A stretch of DNA of 63,691 bases, counting the filler, from Hyphochytrium catenoides (lineage: Eukaryota; Protista; Hyphochytriomycota): assembly GCA_900088475.1 (NCBI GenBank). It is 14 parts of 14 records of this genome, joined end to end, with 100 filler letters (N's around TTAATTAATTAA, not from the genome) between each part and the next. Parts side by side here need not be neighbours in the genome. Positions count along the whole stretch, not along the records: positions 7,308 to 32,574 come from FLMG01004601.1; 13 more parts are not named here. The stretch is one strand, 5' to 3'. The translations under genes were made by a program, and so were the position numbers. The notes under the pieces are model-generated. The model was given only the letters and a program-made list of their open reading frames with translations, made no database searches and was not told the origin of the DNA. Shown here one piece after another: positions 12,128 to 28,668 of the stretch (position 1 is the stretch's first letter; each line of letters opens with the position of its first letter).

Positions 12128-13490
12128 CCGCTTCTCCATTTTCATCCGCTTTGCCAGTAAAGAATCTTGCTTTTTGGTCACAGCGGGCCGAGGTCTCTTC
12201 CTAGGGTCATTTGCATCAGGTGCAGGCCAGTTCCGACGCACAGTGTTCGAAGGGCCAGTCTGTGAAGACGCTAAGACGGGTCTGTCGGCCGAGCTAGAGC
12301 CTCTCTGAGACTCCGTACTAACGTCCTAAAAGAATAGCGACGAGCACCTGTGAAGATATAATCAAATGAACGCCCTAATCAGATTGACATGCACCTGAAC
12401 ATCGTCTTCGGACTCCTGCTCAGCATCTAGCTCTGCGGCAATCCAGTTATCAGGGTCTTCCTTACACCGCTGCAGCGTATCTGTGAGCATACTTTGGAGC
12501 TTATCTGAAGCGTCTGGGTCTTTCGAATGAAGTAAGCCAAAGACCGCATGGTAGTCAAAGCTTTGCATGGTGGCAGCCCCAAACGGTCAACAAAAACTTG
12601 TAGCTTTACCCGCTGCTATGCAATTAGCTTGCTGGGCGAGGCAAAAGGACACCCCGTCCAAGAACGCTTAAGGTGCACACCAAGTTGAGCTCTGTAGTGT
12701 CTAGGGAATCTGTCATCCGTCACTGCCCTTCTACGTGCTCCCGTGTCGACCACACCCAGATCATGAGGAGAGTATTTTTGACTGTTGACTGGAAGGCGGA
12801 AGGGCTACTCGTAACTGAAGACTGAAAGTAACCCCACACAGGAGTTGAGGCGGAGGTGCGACATCGCGGCGGCACGGTAGAACTCGTTTACGTGCTTTTC
12901 TCTTTGAGCTTGTGGTGCTCTCTCTCTCAAGAACAATGCCTGCGATAGTGCTTGGGAAGTTGACAGCTCTGTCTCTCCTTTATTTATTGCAGAGGTGGTC
13001 ATGTTCGTCCCCCGACCGCCGCTCTGTCTGTGTGACACAGACGGATATCATATGCACGTTAGCGTCCAGCGGTTTCCTGCTGTGTCTCAGGCTTGGGTTC
13101 AGAAGAGTGGGCTGGCTGTGGTAACAAAATCCCTGTCTTTATGTTCCTTATCAGCGCCGCAAGCCAGAGTTCCCAGACCTTCTGAATTTCGGAGACTGTC
13201 ATTGCGGTGCTCGGCCGAAACAACCAGATTTTGTCTGCCAGGAGAAAGCGCAAGGCATCTGCGACTCGTAGCACCTGCCGCTGAACGGCTGGGTCAAGAC
13301 TTTCTGGCTCCTTCTCATAGGAAGAAGCCTCAATATTTCTCCTTTGATTGGGACGGGACTTGGCGCGCGTTCTGGTCCAACCTGTCGTCACTTCAGGGCT
13401 ACTTGCAATAGCCGCTCTGTCTCGGACTCCAGATGTCTTCCAATTCTGACCTATCGAGAGCGAGTTGTTAGCTAGGTTTGCCACTCCACA
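12110..13490 (-). CDS. Hypothetical multi-exon protein
   Basis: Non-repetitive minus-strand ORFs 13059-13484, 12805-13038 and 12362-12568 plus a terminal basic exon (RKRPRP...KRMKMEKR); no recognised domain. Confidence 0.4.
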
Positions 13491-14013
13491 CTAGGCATCT
13501 GTTCTAATCCAAGGCTAGTTGTCTGGTCTCGTCCATAGCAAGTGACAAACAATCATCATAGGTAGAGAACACAAAGAAAGAAAAAAGAGCTCTGTAAGGC
13601 AGGCCGCAGCAGCTGAACATACTCGAAAGAGCCAAACATAAGACAAAAAGAAGCTCCAAAGAGAGCCAAAAGAAAAAGAAAAGTAGAGACCAAGCGGCAA
13701 TACTGTCATACCTTGGGCAGGGGCATATGCAAAGAGCATAAATGGTAGCTTTGACGCCGCTGTCGACGAGAGAAACCCCAATTGTATCTCATCGGTTCTG
13801 CTGAATAGTGGACGTAGGCAGCTAGACGTCTTGCACTGTCCTATAGCCTCAACCACTCAGCCGAAACTGGCATCATTTAGCGGAAGCTGTCTCGCTGTGG
13901 TTACTCTGGGAGTCTGGGTCCTGCTGCTTGGCTTCCGCCGCCTGCATTGACTGCAACCATCTTGTAGAAGCTCAAAGTCTTTGCGAAGGGGATCTTCTTA
14001 CCTCCTTGCCAAA

Positions 14014-17612
<3,599 letters not shown>

Positions 17613-17894
17613 GCATCTCCGCCTCTTTCGCCCTATCTATGCTGTCCTATTCGTACTTTCTCTATCTAATCAACATTAGCTCGTTTTTCTGTGCTGCCAC
17701 AAGGGTGCACTAGTTTGCTTATGTTGGGGCATATATTATGATAAATAGAGACGCAAAAGTACTCAGCCAAAGTTTAAAGCACAGCATCGACGCCGCGACT
17801 ATTCCTTCCTCACTTGCCTGCCGCAGAAGCCTATCTACATTTGCTTAGAAGACCCGGATAACTCTGCTACTGTGGGTCAATGTGTGCGACCTTT

Positions 17895-20800
17895 TCAGCG
17901 GCTAATGGCCCCAGCCACCTGTAGAATAGATGCCGCAGACATACTTGGCCATAAGACACGCAGCAAAGGCACCAGATCTTCTCCGGACTGAGAGGACATG
18001 AGTGGAGGAATAGAACAATCTGATATTAGAGAGCGCAAGGCGTTGAATGCGCGAGGAGAGGGCAAGTCGTAGAACTTCAAATAACCGCTGAAGATCCTTC
18101 GCTGCGCATCATTCTCAGACGCGATCGTGCCTGTGCGTATGTACTCCGACAGTAAGCGGCCGCACTTTGCCTACAACAGAATAGGCCAAATGAAGGTGAG
18201 AACCTGAAAGGACGTCAACGACGCCTAGGCAGGACGATGGGGTTGCATCGCCGTGAAGAAGAGTAAGAGAGCGCGGATCCGGAGAGCCAAGGACAGAGAT
18301 CCTTAGAGCCTTTACCTTGTGGAAGAACTCCTCAATCCTCCCTTTGACCGAGAGGAGGAAGTCCGTCTGAAGGAGGGTTTGTTCACGCCTCTCTAAACTT
18401 TGAAAGTTCGAGACTGAGGAAATGCCATAGAAGGCCAGAATCAGCTGGATGTCTCTCAGATCCTCCGTAGTAGAGCTCTGTTTGAGATTCTCGGATATTC
18501 TGAAGATTTTGAGATAAAGATTTAGCGCCTCAGGCTTCTCTCTTGTTAGGCATTCATAGAGAATGCGTCGACAGAAGGACGCTCTCTCTAAAGAGCTGTC
18601 ATGACCCGTCACATAAGGTTCAAAGGTCTTATCGCTTCCCCTCATTGCATCGTCCTCTCTATCCTCTCCTCTTTGTGAGCCAAAGTATTGACTGAAGGAT
18701 AGAATCTCAGCATCATCCGTAAAAGGAAGAAGATCGTCTACATTGCGCTGTACATCAGTTGCAGCTTGCTCTGTAGGAGAAACGGGGATGTAGAGCGGAG
18801 CAGAGGCATGTTAGAAAGACAGGACTTTGAACACCTCCCGGTGCATCTCGCTTACCAAAGGCCGTCCTCTTGGGCTCTGGTACCCCTCTCGACAGGAGAG
18901 ATCCAAGTCCAAGAGGATCAACCGCATAAGGGAGATGCCCCTTCTTGCGTTTAACATAGAGAACTCGTTCCTTTCGAATAAAGCCTGATACCGCTTCCGA
19001 GGTTTGGAGAGAGAGAGAGAGGGGAAAGAAGCGNNNNNNNNNNNNNNNNNNNNNNNNNNNNNNNNTCCTTTCAACTACTATTGGAACATGACAAGGCCTC
19101 CCGGTGTCCACGTCAATAGCCTCTAGACATCGCGGTTCTACCGCTAACGCATACAAATGTCTAAACGCTTGGAGATGGTATCTAGAGGAGTAAGTGATTG
19201 TAAGCCAGTGAACTAAGAGAATTGAGATAGGCTGTTCAAAAGAGTAGGCGAACAAATGGATATCACCCCTCACGCGCGCGAGAGAAGAGGGAAAACCCAG
19301 GGCGGATGGAGCCTAGCTCTCATGGCTCGGGTAAAACAGATAAAGCTGACTAAGAGGGAGACCAAGAAGCGGAGGGCGACGCCGATATGTTGCAGGTAAA
19401 ACTGTACCTGTTGTCCGTAGTGTTTAGCGGGTAACGCGGGTACAAGGATAGCACGAGAGAAGCAATAGCCTGATTCATAATAATAGCTTTAGTTAGATAA
19501 GAGCAGTCAAGGGGGAAGGAGGAAGCAGATGAAAACTGGACCAAAAACTGCCGAGTAGAGGATAAGAAAGTGTTGGGCCCCGTACTACCGAGTATGGAAC
19601 GTTTAAGAGTAAGGGAAGGGTCATCAAGGCGACAGGATGTAAGAAAGCACCTCATTCGAACGGGAAAGGGTAAGTCTTCCTCCTCCAAGAAACAAGAGCC
19701 CTATAGCGATATTTATCGCCATGTGATTCCCATATGTCACATCAGGGTCAATCGACCAACGAAGCTCACTGGTACAACACAGAAATAAAGAGTAATTAGA
19801 GCAGAGACATTAACACGGTGTGAATGTCAAAGCAGTGCAAACAACAGAATGGGAAGACGATGCCAGCATGTCAAGCAACAGTGAAAAGTGCCAAGACAAC
19901 AATGGCTACCTACGAGGTAAGTGGGTAACGTCGATGACGAAGTGAGCTAAGAAGGATGGACGGCAGTTAGAAGAGAGAGAGAGAGTCAGAGGATCACTGC
20001 TCTGGATTCTTACCGCAATACTTTGAAGGTCCTGAGCTCTCCTGTTCCTGCCATTACCATCGCGAGCGCCTGAGCAGTAACTCCCACGCACATCTCCAGG
20101 GTAGACTTGTTGGGAACGTGGAGCCTCCTGACTGCCACGTTGCCTTTCTCTCTCTCTCTCATTCTCTTAAAGTGGTTAACAAAGGCCATGAGAGTGGCCT
20201 GGGCAGGGGCACTGCCAGTTCCAGCGTACTTCAGCCCTATGTGGAAGTTGTTGAGAGATGCGGATAGAATACTTAAGGACAAATAAGCAACTGGTGGATG
20301 CTAGGACAGGTGAGGCAGCAGGCGCTCTTAGCACCTTATATCTACAATGTACAGCGAAAGAGAAGAGAGTAGAGGAAGATAGAAGAGAAGAGGAGACAGA
20401 CAAGGAAGGTGACTGGGGTTGACACAAACCTAAAGCGAAGCAGGCGCCGGCAATGATATTGGCATGGGCCAGGGACACCGTGGCAGGATCCAGCTCCGTA
20501 GCCGTTTCCCTTTGCTCTTCATCAGATCCATCACGTAGCCTGTTATAAGCTTCTCGTACCGCCAGAGGAACCTTCTCGTGTACAGAGGGAGTGAGAAGAG
20601 CGGCGGAACTGATGGTGCTAAGGTAAGAAGACTAGGAAAGCCACGAAGCGAGAGACACGGGTAGCGAGACCCAGCTACCTGTTCAAACACCCATCGCTCA
20701 GTGGCCTCAGTCTCTTCCCACATGATAAGCGATCGTGCTAAGACTCGAAGCAGCAGGAGGTCCGGACGCACGTAGTCCAAGAGAAAGAGCGTGGTTGGGA

Positions 20801-23800
20801 CGGTCAAGCGGGAAGCCACTGCTGAATAATTGGTCCGTAGAAACATAAGACCCAAAGCTAAGGCCGCGCCTAGACATTCATAATCGTGAGGTATTTACCA
20901 TCGGGAAATAGAAGAATGGCCAGGCAGTGAGTTAAAGACCTTAAAGGAGACGCAAAACAGAAAGCCTCGTGACCAAAAGCAGGATCAGTCCGGGGAGGGT
21001 GGAGCTCAAATGATCAAGACAGCAAAACCTCATCAGTAGTGGTACCTGGCGCTGTGACCTCAATGTTAACTTGGTCTCCTTCTCTAATCAGAGAGCACCT
21101 AGAGCCCTCTAGGGCCAGCATCGTGAAGAGAGTGAGAACGCGACTAACCTCAATTTTGCAGAAGTGTTAATAACGGCAAGATAGGGTAACAGGGAAACAT
21201 GCCCGGACCACTAATTAGAAGGCAGTACAAGCGATCAAAATAGACTTTCAAGTGGCAGGGACACCGCCCCGAGCCACACAGAAAATGTGCCGATATCGCA
21301 CGCTAGAGTCTGCCAACCCCGAGAGGAGGACAAATGAGGGCTACCTTGGGAAGCTCCCGTCAGCCAAGAGAGCTCTGCATCGGCCTTTCCTCCTATGAGG
21401 AACCGGTGAAGAATATCTTCCACATGAAGGTCAGCCAACCCGCCTCCTGCACCTTTGCCCAGATTGACAAGTCCAAGGGCAAATCCCGCAGTCAAAGCGT
21501 AACTTTCCCTGTACGGATGGGGCGAGATGCAGAAACGTTAAGACCGAAGAGATACATGGAGAAGGTTTCCTCTGACGCTAATAATGGTCTGCTGCCCCCG
21601 ATTCAGTGTTTCTGCTCTCCTCTCCGTGCCTGCTGATGCAACTCCTGCTTATAGCCGTATCGGCGTGCTCCTATGTATGTTGTGTACCTGTCGTCGCAGC
21701 GGTCCGACATGGGTTGCCGTCCTATCTCTGCCAACAAGAACTCGGTCATTAGCCGGTGCGACGTCCCCATGTAAAGGTATCCGATCCCAGCCAGGGCAGC
21801 CGTCTACGGAGTGCGTCAGCCAAGTGATCTAACAATGTGCATCACAGAGCTAGTGGGATTCAATCCTCTCTCATTTGGTAACTCGATGCCGTTGAGGTCT
21901 CTCTTGCCGTACCTGTACAACAGCGGGTATGTCCATCTCTGCAAATGGAGCCGGCAGTAGGTACGGAATATGAAGGCAGAGCATTTTGGAGGTAGGCGGG
22001 TCCATTGACCCTCTTTTGGTCGTGGAGAGGCCAAGCAGCATTGAAAGGGTTGTGGCGTCGTGAGACTGGGAGAGGTAGTCGTAGATATCCGTGAGAGAGA
22101 GAGCCGATAGGTGTCCCTGAAGCCCCAAGGCAAGCAAAAAGCCTAAAGCGACAGCAGAGATAAGACGCGAAGACGACATCTGAATTGCAAACGAGGTTGA
22201 GGCAATCAAATATGAAGGAGGCAACGGATATTTGTCTACCAGATGGCCGTAGAGACACTGCTGCCTTGCACTAGGAAAGGAAGGAACCCATCGGGACATA
22301 AAGACAGATTTACCGGCGTGTGAATGATCCGGCTTGCTTGGCTTATTATAAACAATCCAGGTTCTGGTCAGCTGGGTCACCCCAGGCCCAATCCGCAGGC
22401 CTATATTGAACAGAACATCAGAGATCACGCCAAAAGTTGATGGCTTGACACCGAAGAGTGCGGACGAACAGGCATCCATGAACGGCGACTGGGGCTCAAG
22501 ACGACTCCCATCTATTGAACCACTGTCTTATATGTATATATTCAAAACTCAAGGACATAGATGAACATCTCATCAATTAAAGGTCGTCACTGGGCAGAGG
22601 TAATGCAGACAGGCAGAGACTGATGTGCGATGGACAGGAACTATATAATGGTAGGGCCAGGCCAGGCACTAAACTGACAGGCTTCAACAGAGTGTTTTCT
22701 TCGTACAGCGCTTTTTGACCTACCTGCCGCTGCTCCGTTATGGAACTCTGGCCACACTGTCAAGTCCTGAGAAAAATTAGATGTATCAAGCATTACTGTC
22801 GCATTGTTAGGCGGGAGACGGCCTTGCAGCGTAAGGGGCGGTATAGGTAGAGGCTGGGACAGCAGAGGCTGGAACGACCCACAAGTCATCATTCCTCTAG
22901 CTGTAGGCAGCGCCATAGACCGCTTACACAGCAACAATAACTTGGACTGCTGCAGCTACAGGAAGGAGGCAGGCCGGGAAATAGGCTAAGTCTAAGATAG
23001 GGAACCAAGAGAGTAAAAGGGACAAAACGGAGGGAGTAAGGACCATGACGGCTAGAAGGGACGCAATGATAGCAACCGGAGTAGCCCTTGAAGATATGCT
23101 GGCAGCAACAGAGAAAGGAGATATTGGTGCAGCGGAAAGGGATGGGCGTGCATCTGGTAAAGCTAAATGGGGAAAGCCAAGCTTTCGGTCGAGTAAGATC
23201 TGCAGAAGAAGTGGACGAGGCCAATGCAGCTATTTCGCAGACCTGGATGATCTCTTGGTCGGCAGTCTCTGGCCTTCGCTCAATCTTGAGGAATAAAGGC
23301 TTGGACGACCGCAGAAGGCGGCAGGCCTTCATATACGAAGCAGGAAGTTGGGCGATGCGTACAGATCAATAATCGAGTCGATTGAACGGACGAGACATAA
23401 CCCTTGTCATACTCTGGAAATAAACTCTAAACGGTTCATCGACTCCTTAGGACCAGTAGTCTTGACAATAAGACGAAAAAGAGGCAGCAGAAGCGAAGGA
23501 CTAGCGAATGGAGAAATAGAGGAAAGGAGACAGGAGGGAGCGGCCCTGGTAGAGGATGCAACTTTTTAACACACCTCCTTTACACGCTGATCCCGGCTGA
23601 AACGTAGACTTGAGAGCTTATCCAGCAGCTCCAACCCATCATCATCACCATCGACAGCGAGCACTGCAGGCGATGAGAGGGTGGCGAAGGGTTCTGCTGC
23701 CTTCTCTCTATCTAGTCCCTGTCTTTCGTATCTCTGGGAAATCTCCTTCATTTTTGCTAGATCCTCCCGGCCTGCATGGGACAGCCAGTCAGATCGGCGA

Positions 23801-26800
23801 TTAAAGGGTACGGCTATACAGTCAGAGTGAGGGACGGCATCTGCGGAACTTCTTAGGGTAATTATTACAAGGCAACCGACTCCACCGCCCGGCCAAACGT
23901 GGCATTGAGAGGAGTGGAGGCTCTGTGATGATGAATCTCCCTGTCTAAGAGACAGCAGAAGAGCGATTGACAAAGAGAAAAAGCGGAAGAGGGAAGGTAG
24001 CAGAGAGTAAGTAGAGAGCAGACCCACCAATGAGAGAATAAGCAGCACACGGCCACTCTTTTGGTGGGCTCATTCGACAGAGCCAGAGAGCTTCTCGAAG
24101 AGGGAGCGCAATGCCGAGAGACAGCTCAGCAAGGTCAGACAATGAAAAGTTATGATCCACCATGACCAAGACCAACTCCTTAGCTCTACTAAGGGAAGAG
24201 GAAGAATCCATCTCTCCCTTTTCCAAGCCCTGCTTCGCAGGCACTTTCCCGGCTTCACTACTGGGAGGAGGCGTTGAAAATAGCACCTCATAAAAGAGAG
24301 TGACCAAGCGAAGCTGTTTAAGACCGCCGTGCATGTGGCGAGGAGCCATTGACATATCTTTCTTGGTGCTCCTGGGCCCTGCAGCAGAAGCAAATTGAGA
24401 TCCCTCTGCTTCCTTACGTCTCCTCAACCCAGATATGTCTGGAAAGGTGCAATGAGGGAGTCCTTGGATTGCTTCTAGGCACCATTTGTAGATATCGGGG
24501 ACCTTATCGAGCGACACAGAGAGCTTTTTCTTTCTGTCACCAGTCAGTGGGAGAGGAGGAAGACGGAAGTGCTCGCAAAATGGCTCTTCTCGTTCATAAT
24601 AGCCCTGAAAGTCCTCCCTGGCATAAGAGCAAGAGAAGGAGAGGAGAAGAAGCACAAACACATCCTTACTCTAAACGAAGAGCGTTGCCTATACCGCGCA
24701 AACGAGTGGTCTTACCATTCAAAGGATTTCGCCAGGGAGGAGAGCAAAGGAAGGACCTTCCTGGCTCTTGTTCGTCCAGATTTTGTCAGCTTCTGCTCTT
24801 CGTAATGAAGATGAAGGAGAAGAAAGACACTATGGATGTGCTCCGATAGCAGCGGAGCGAACGAGCAAAGCCTGCTCTCCATTGTCAGATTTGATAGTAA
24901 ACAGAGGTATTCGCGGGATTCATAACGTGATATTCTCTCTGCCGCTGTTACTCTCAAGTCCCTAGCTGTCATAGCAGGAGAAACCTCGAACGAGACATTA
25001 GAGTTCATGCTCATTGACCATTCTTCATGGTAGGAAGATGCCATCATTCTCTCCCACGCTGAAGCCGCGGAAGAAGAGAGCGAGGGATAGGATCGAGACG
25101 TCGGAGAGGCCAGCGTAGGGCCCTCAACTAGAGACTGGAAGGTGGCCCTCAGGGTTTGATCCTGGTCAACCCTGCTTTTCCATAGCAAGGAGGAGAATAC
25201 AGCCAAAAACGTATCCCAGTCGGGATCCTCAGAGAGGGGAAGTAGACTTGCTGTCCTTCGTCGTTGACCCCAAATGTCAGCCCTAAGAGTTATGAACAAT
25301 GAAGCAGGAAGGATCTCCTCAAGTTCCCTCAGTACTGAGCGCAGGAGATCAGAAGAAGGCTCCATAGCAGCAGATACCCTGACATAGCAAAGACCAGAAG
25401 GATTGTTACAGGCGACCTACACGGACAATACCGGATTTGGCGATAGAGAGGCCCCAGAACAAGAGTAGATAAACATTGGGACTTGGCAGAAGTGCAAGAA
25501 GGGCAAGAGCATCAACTGAAGGGAACACAATCATGTCAAAGGGCAAAGTACGCTCCGCGATTGTCGGGTGCATTGGGGCCAAAGAAGGATGAAGAGACCA
25601 ACAAAAACTGACATAAGGGTGGCTGCGGAGAACAAAAAGCTCTTTTAGAGAAGCAAGAAAGAGTCACCTCAAAGTCTCTCCCGATTCCAGAGTTACACTG
25701 AAGCGGTCCTGGACCGGCGCGAATATATTGAGAACGGCTTCACCGGCAGCGAGAGATTGAGATCTTGGCTTCTTTAAGGGTGAACTACTTGTGGCTACAG
25801 GTCCAGACAGAGGACGACTAAGTGATTTCTTCCCTCCGACTGCACTCCTTTGAAGCCCTTCTCGCAACCCTGGTTCTTGGGACATTATGAAGCCAGGGAT
25901 TGGTGTTGTCTCGCTGCTATGGGACTGAATAGCCACCTTAGGCGTGGGCAATGTCCATTGGCAAACTCTATTTTTACGGAGCGGAAGTGCGAAGAGTGAG
26001 GCAGGCTGGGAAAAACGGTCGGCGAATAGCGGTGTGAGACGAAGAGCAAAGCGATAGACCTTAAAGGCTGGGAAGATGTAAGGTTATAGATGACTGCTAG
26101 TCCAAGAGCAAAGGGACTTCGAGGTCAAGCACGGACCTGAAGCTCCCACAATAGAGATGGAGCTGCCCGGAACGTGAGAGCACCAGTAAGTGACTAGTCT
26201 TGCATTCTGGAGAGAGACGAACGGGTAGGGCCGCAGAGCACTCGAGTCGAAACTGCTCATGCATAGGAAAGCCTTCTTTTGCCTTACCAAGGTGCTCCTT
26301 GTCAATCTTAAATGCTCGCAGCGTCTGCTGCTCGGCATTGAGTACACAAAGCAGGTCCCTTCCATCCAGATCGCTCGAAAAGAAGGCGGATGGCGTGGGC
26401 TTAGAGGAAGATGAAGAGGAGGCGCTGGCGTCGCCTGATGTCTGGGTATATGAAGTGTCGCCCCAGCTCCACATCAAGTCCAAGGAATAGTCTGATACGG
26501 TTACATTCTCCAGACTAAAATCAGGACCGCTTGACTATTGAGACAGTTTGTCAGTACGGTGCCAACATAGTTTGTCTTCATACTATGGGAGAGAGATGGA
26601 AGAAATTGGTAGGCACCTAAGAGGTTGAGGTCTGGACAACGATTGTAGACACCAACGAAGCAAGTTCAGGGTCGGGGCGCAATAGGAGTATCGGAGTTAC
26701 AACGACGAAAACTGAAGGAGAAAGACAGCTCCCAAACACAAGGAACCGGATTCTAGTCGCTCAAGGCGCTGCCCCGACTTACTTCTAGGCTCATCCTCCG

Positions 26801-27857
26801 GTCATCTAACTTGCTTTTTCGTGGCACCGCCAGAGGAGTCCGCACCGCAGGGCTTGAGGTTGCAGTGGTGCTTCCAGAGAAGCCCGCTGGAGACGTCCTT
26901 CGCAGAAATGTCTCAGAGCCGCCTCGCCTTGAAGACATATTTGGGAACTTTGAGACTGGAGTGCGCTGCGGACTGAGAGGGAAATTTTCTTCTCTTTCTC
27001 TTCTCTCAGTGGACTTTTCTCTCAAGCGCCAGAGGCTCAGCCTGTCGCTAGAGACATCGTACATGACCACAACCGCGTCTTCATCTTTGCTCTGTGTTAA
27101 GGTTAGTTGTCCCACGTGGATAATGCTCTCGTTGGAGCCTCCATTATAGGATAAACGTTCTTTGCCCTCTCCTCTTTGCGAAGTATCGTCCCCCAAGGAA
27201 AGTGGTCGAATCTCATCTAAGGGATGTGTGAAGGAAAAGACAGTATGCGATGGCCAGCTGCCATTGAGAGTTGGACTAGATTGTAATGGAACAGAAGGTT
27301 TCGCTACGCTCTCCTCCAGTTCAGATAAGGGGTGATGGAACTGAAGAGGTCCGGTGACTGCCCGCTCTAAGAGTACGCAGTCCTTGAGCGCCCAAATACG
27401 CTTCACGGGAAACGGTAAAGCCACCTCATACGAGGAACCTGAAAGTGTATACACATAGAGAAGTTCTTGATGAATAAGAATGCAGAGGCAGCTTTCCAAT
27501 CCCATGAGATGGGGGACTTCGGGCCCATGGCCGTAAGAGGTAAAAGTGGCGGCTCTCGCTTGTGTCCTTAAGCGGGCCCACACTGCTTGCTGCACGTTCG
27601 TAGAGAATGTAAACGTTTTATGGGGTATGGCTGTGAGGCCGCAGTACCATGTGACCTAGAACAGAAGCACATTGCATGAGCTGTTAGCAGGCGACAGCAA
27701 CGTATCTCATTTGTACCTTATTATCTGCAATATTAAGTCGATACTCTTCACCCTCCCCGAATGGTGAATCCGCAAAGATTTGACCTGCATCTACAAGTAG
27801 GGTAGATGGTGATTGTGGATTGGTGCGGCCAAGCACCTTTAGCTCGCAAGCCGCCAT
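17895..27857 (-). CDS. APC1: Anaphase-promoting complex subunit 1
   Basis: Many exons; motifs FSRDQRVKE, PEFHNGAAAGLRI, WIVYNKP, HAGFLLALGLQGHL, SKMLCLHIP, IIAGACFALGLKYAGT, YHLQAFRHLYALAVEPR; internal N gap at about 19034-19066. Confidence 0.95.
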
Positions 27858-28668
27858 CGCGCTCAAGCAACGCCTAATACCGCAAAATTCATAGGCCAAA
27901 GGTCTGGCTACCCAGCATTCGAGACGCGCTCATCTTGAGGCTCAACCGTACAGTCAATAGAGCGTAACGGGTTCCGCAGCGTTGGAGAGCTAAGACCTTG
28001 ACCTAGGTGCACGCATGCTGGGGTGCTCTTCCACCCTAAAAGAAGCCGGGATCTGATGGCTCCATTCTTGAGCTTTCTACAGATTTTTTGTGATGCTCTT
28101 GTTGGCGGGAGTCCAGAACTGGGACAGAGTCGTTCAAATCGCAAATAGAAGGTAATGAATAATGAACCTTGTGTTACACAGTATATGTATCGCTTCACAG
28201 TAAGTACACGGATTGACTAGGTTCCTAATGCTAACTATGGGATAACAAGGATGAGCCTCCCTGATATAAAGGCTGGCTTAAATAAAATATTAGTACGGTA
28301 CGGTACGGTAGGCACAGTACTGTAGGGGTAAATTTCTCTGAAATGAAACACGGAAACTAAAATGCAATAGAACATAGAACTACCGTTCCGTTCCGCGATT
28401 TATTCGGTTCTGGTACCAGCAGGTACGAGATTCCTTTTGGAACGTTTGTGTGTATTTTCTATTTTGGCAGCATCTCCATCTAATATCTGGTGGTGCCAAT
28501 CAAGGGACATGGTTCGGCCGTCTTCCTAACGGGTTGACTGGTCTTCGTTCTAGAGACCGTGATCGTGCAGTTATTATGGGTCAACAAGAAGCCAACACAC
28601 AAGATATTTTGCCACGTTCCTGGTAATACAAGTCATCATCACTTGATTCAAGGGCTACAGACTGTCAT

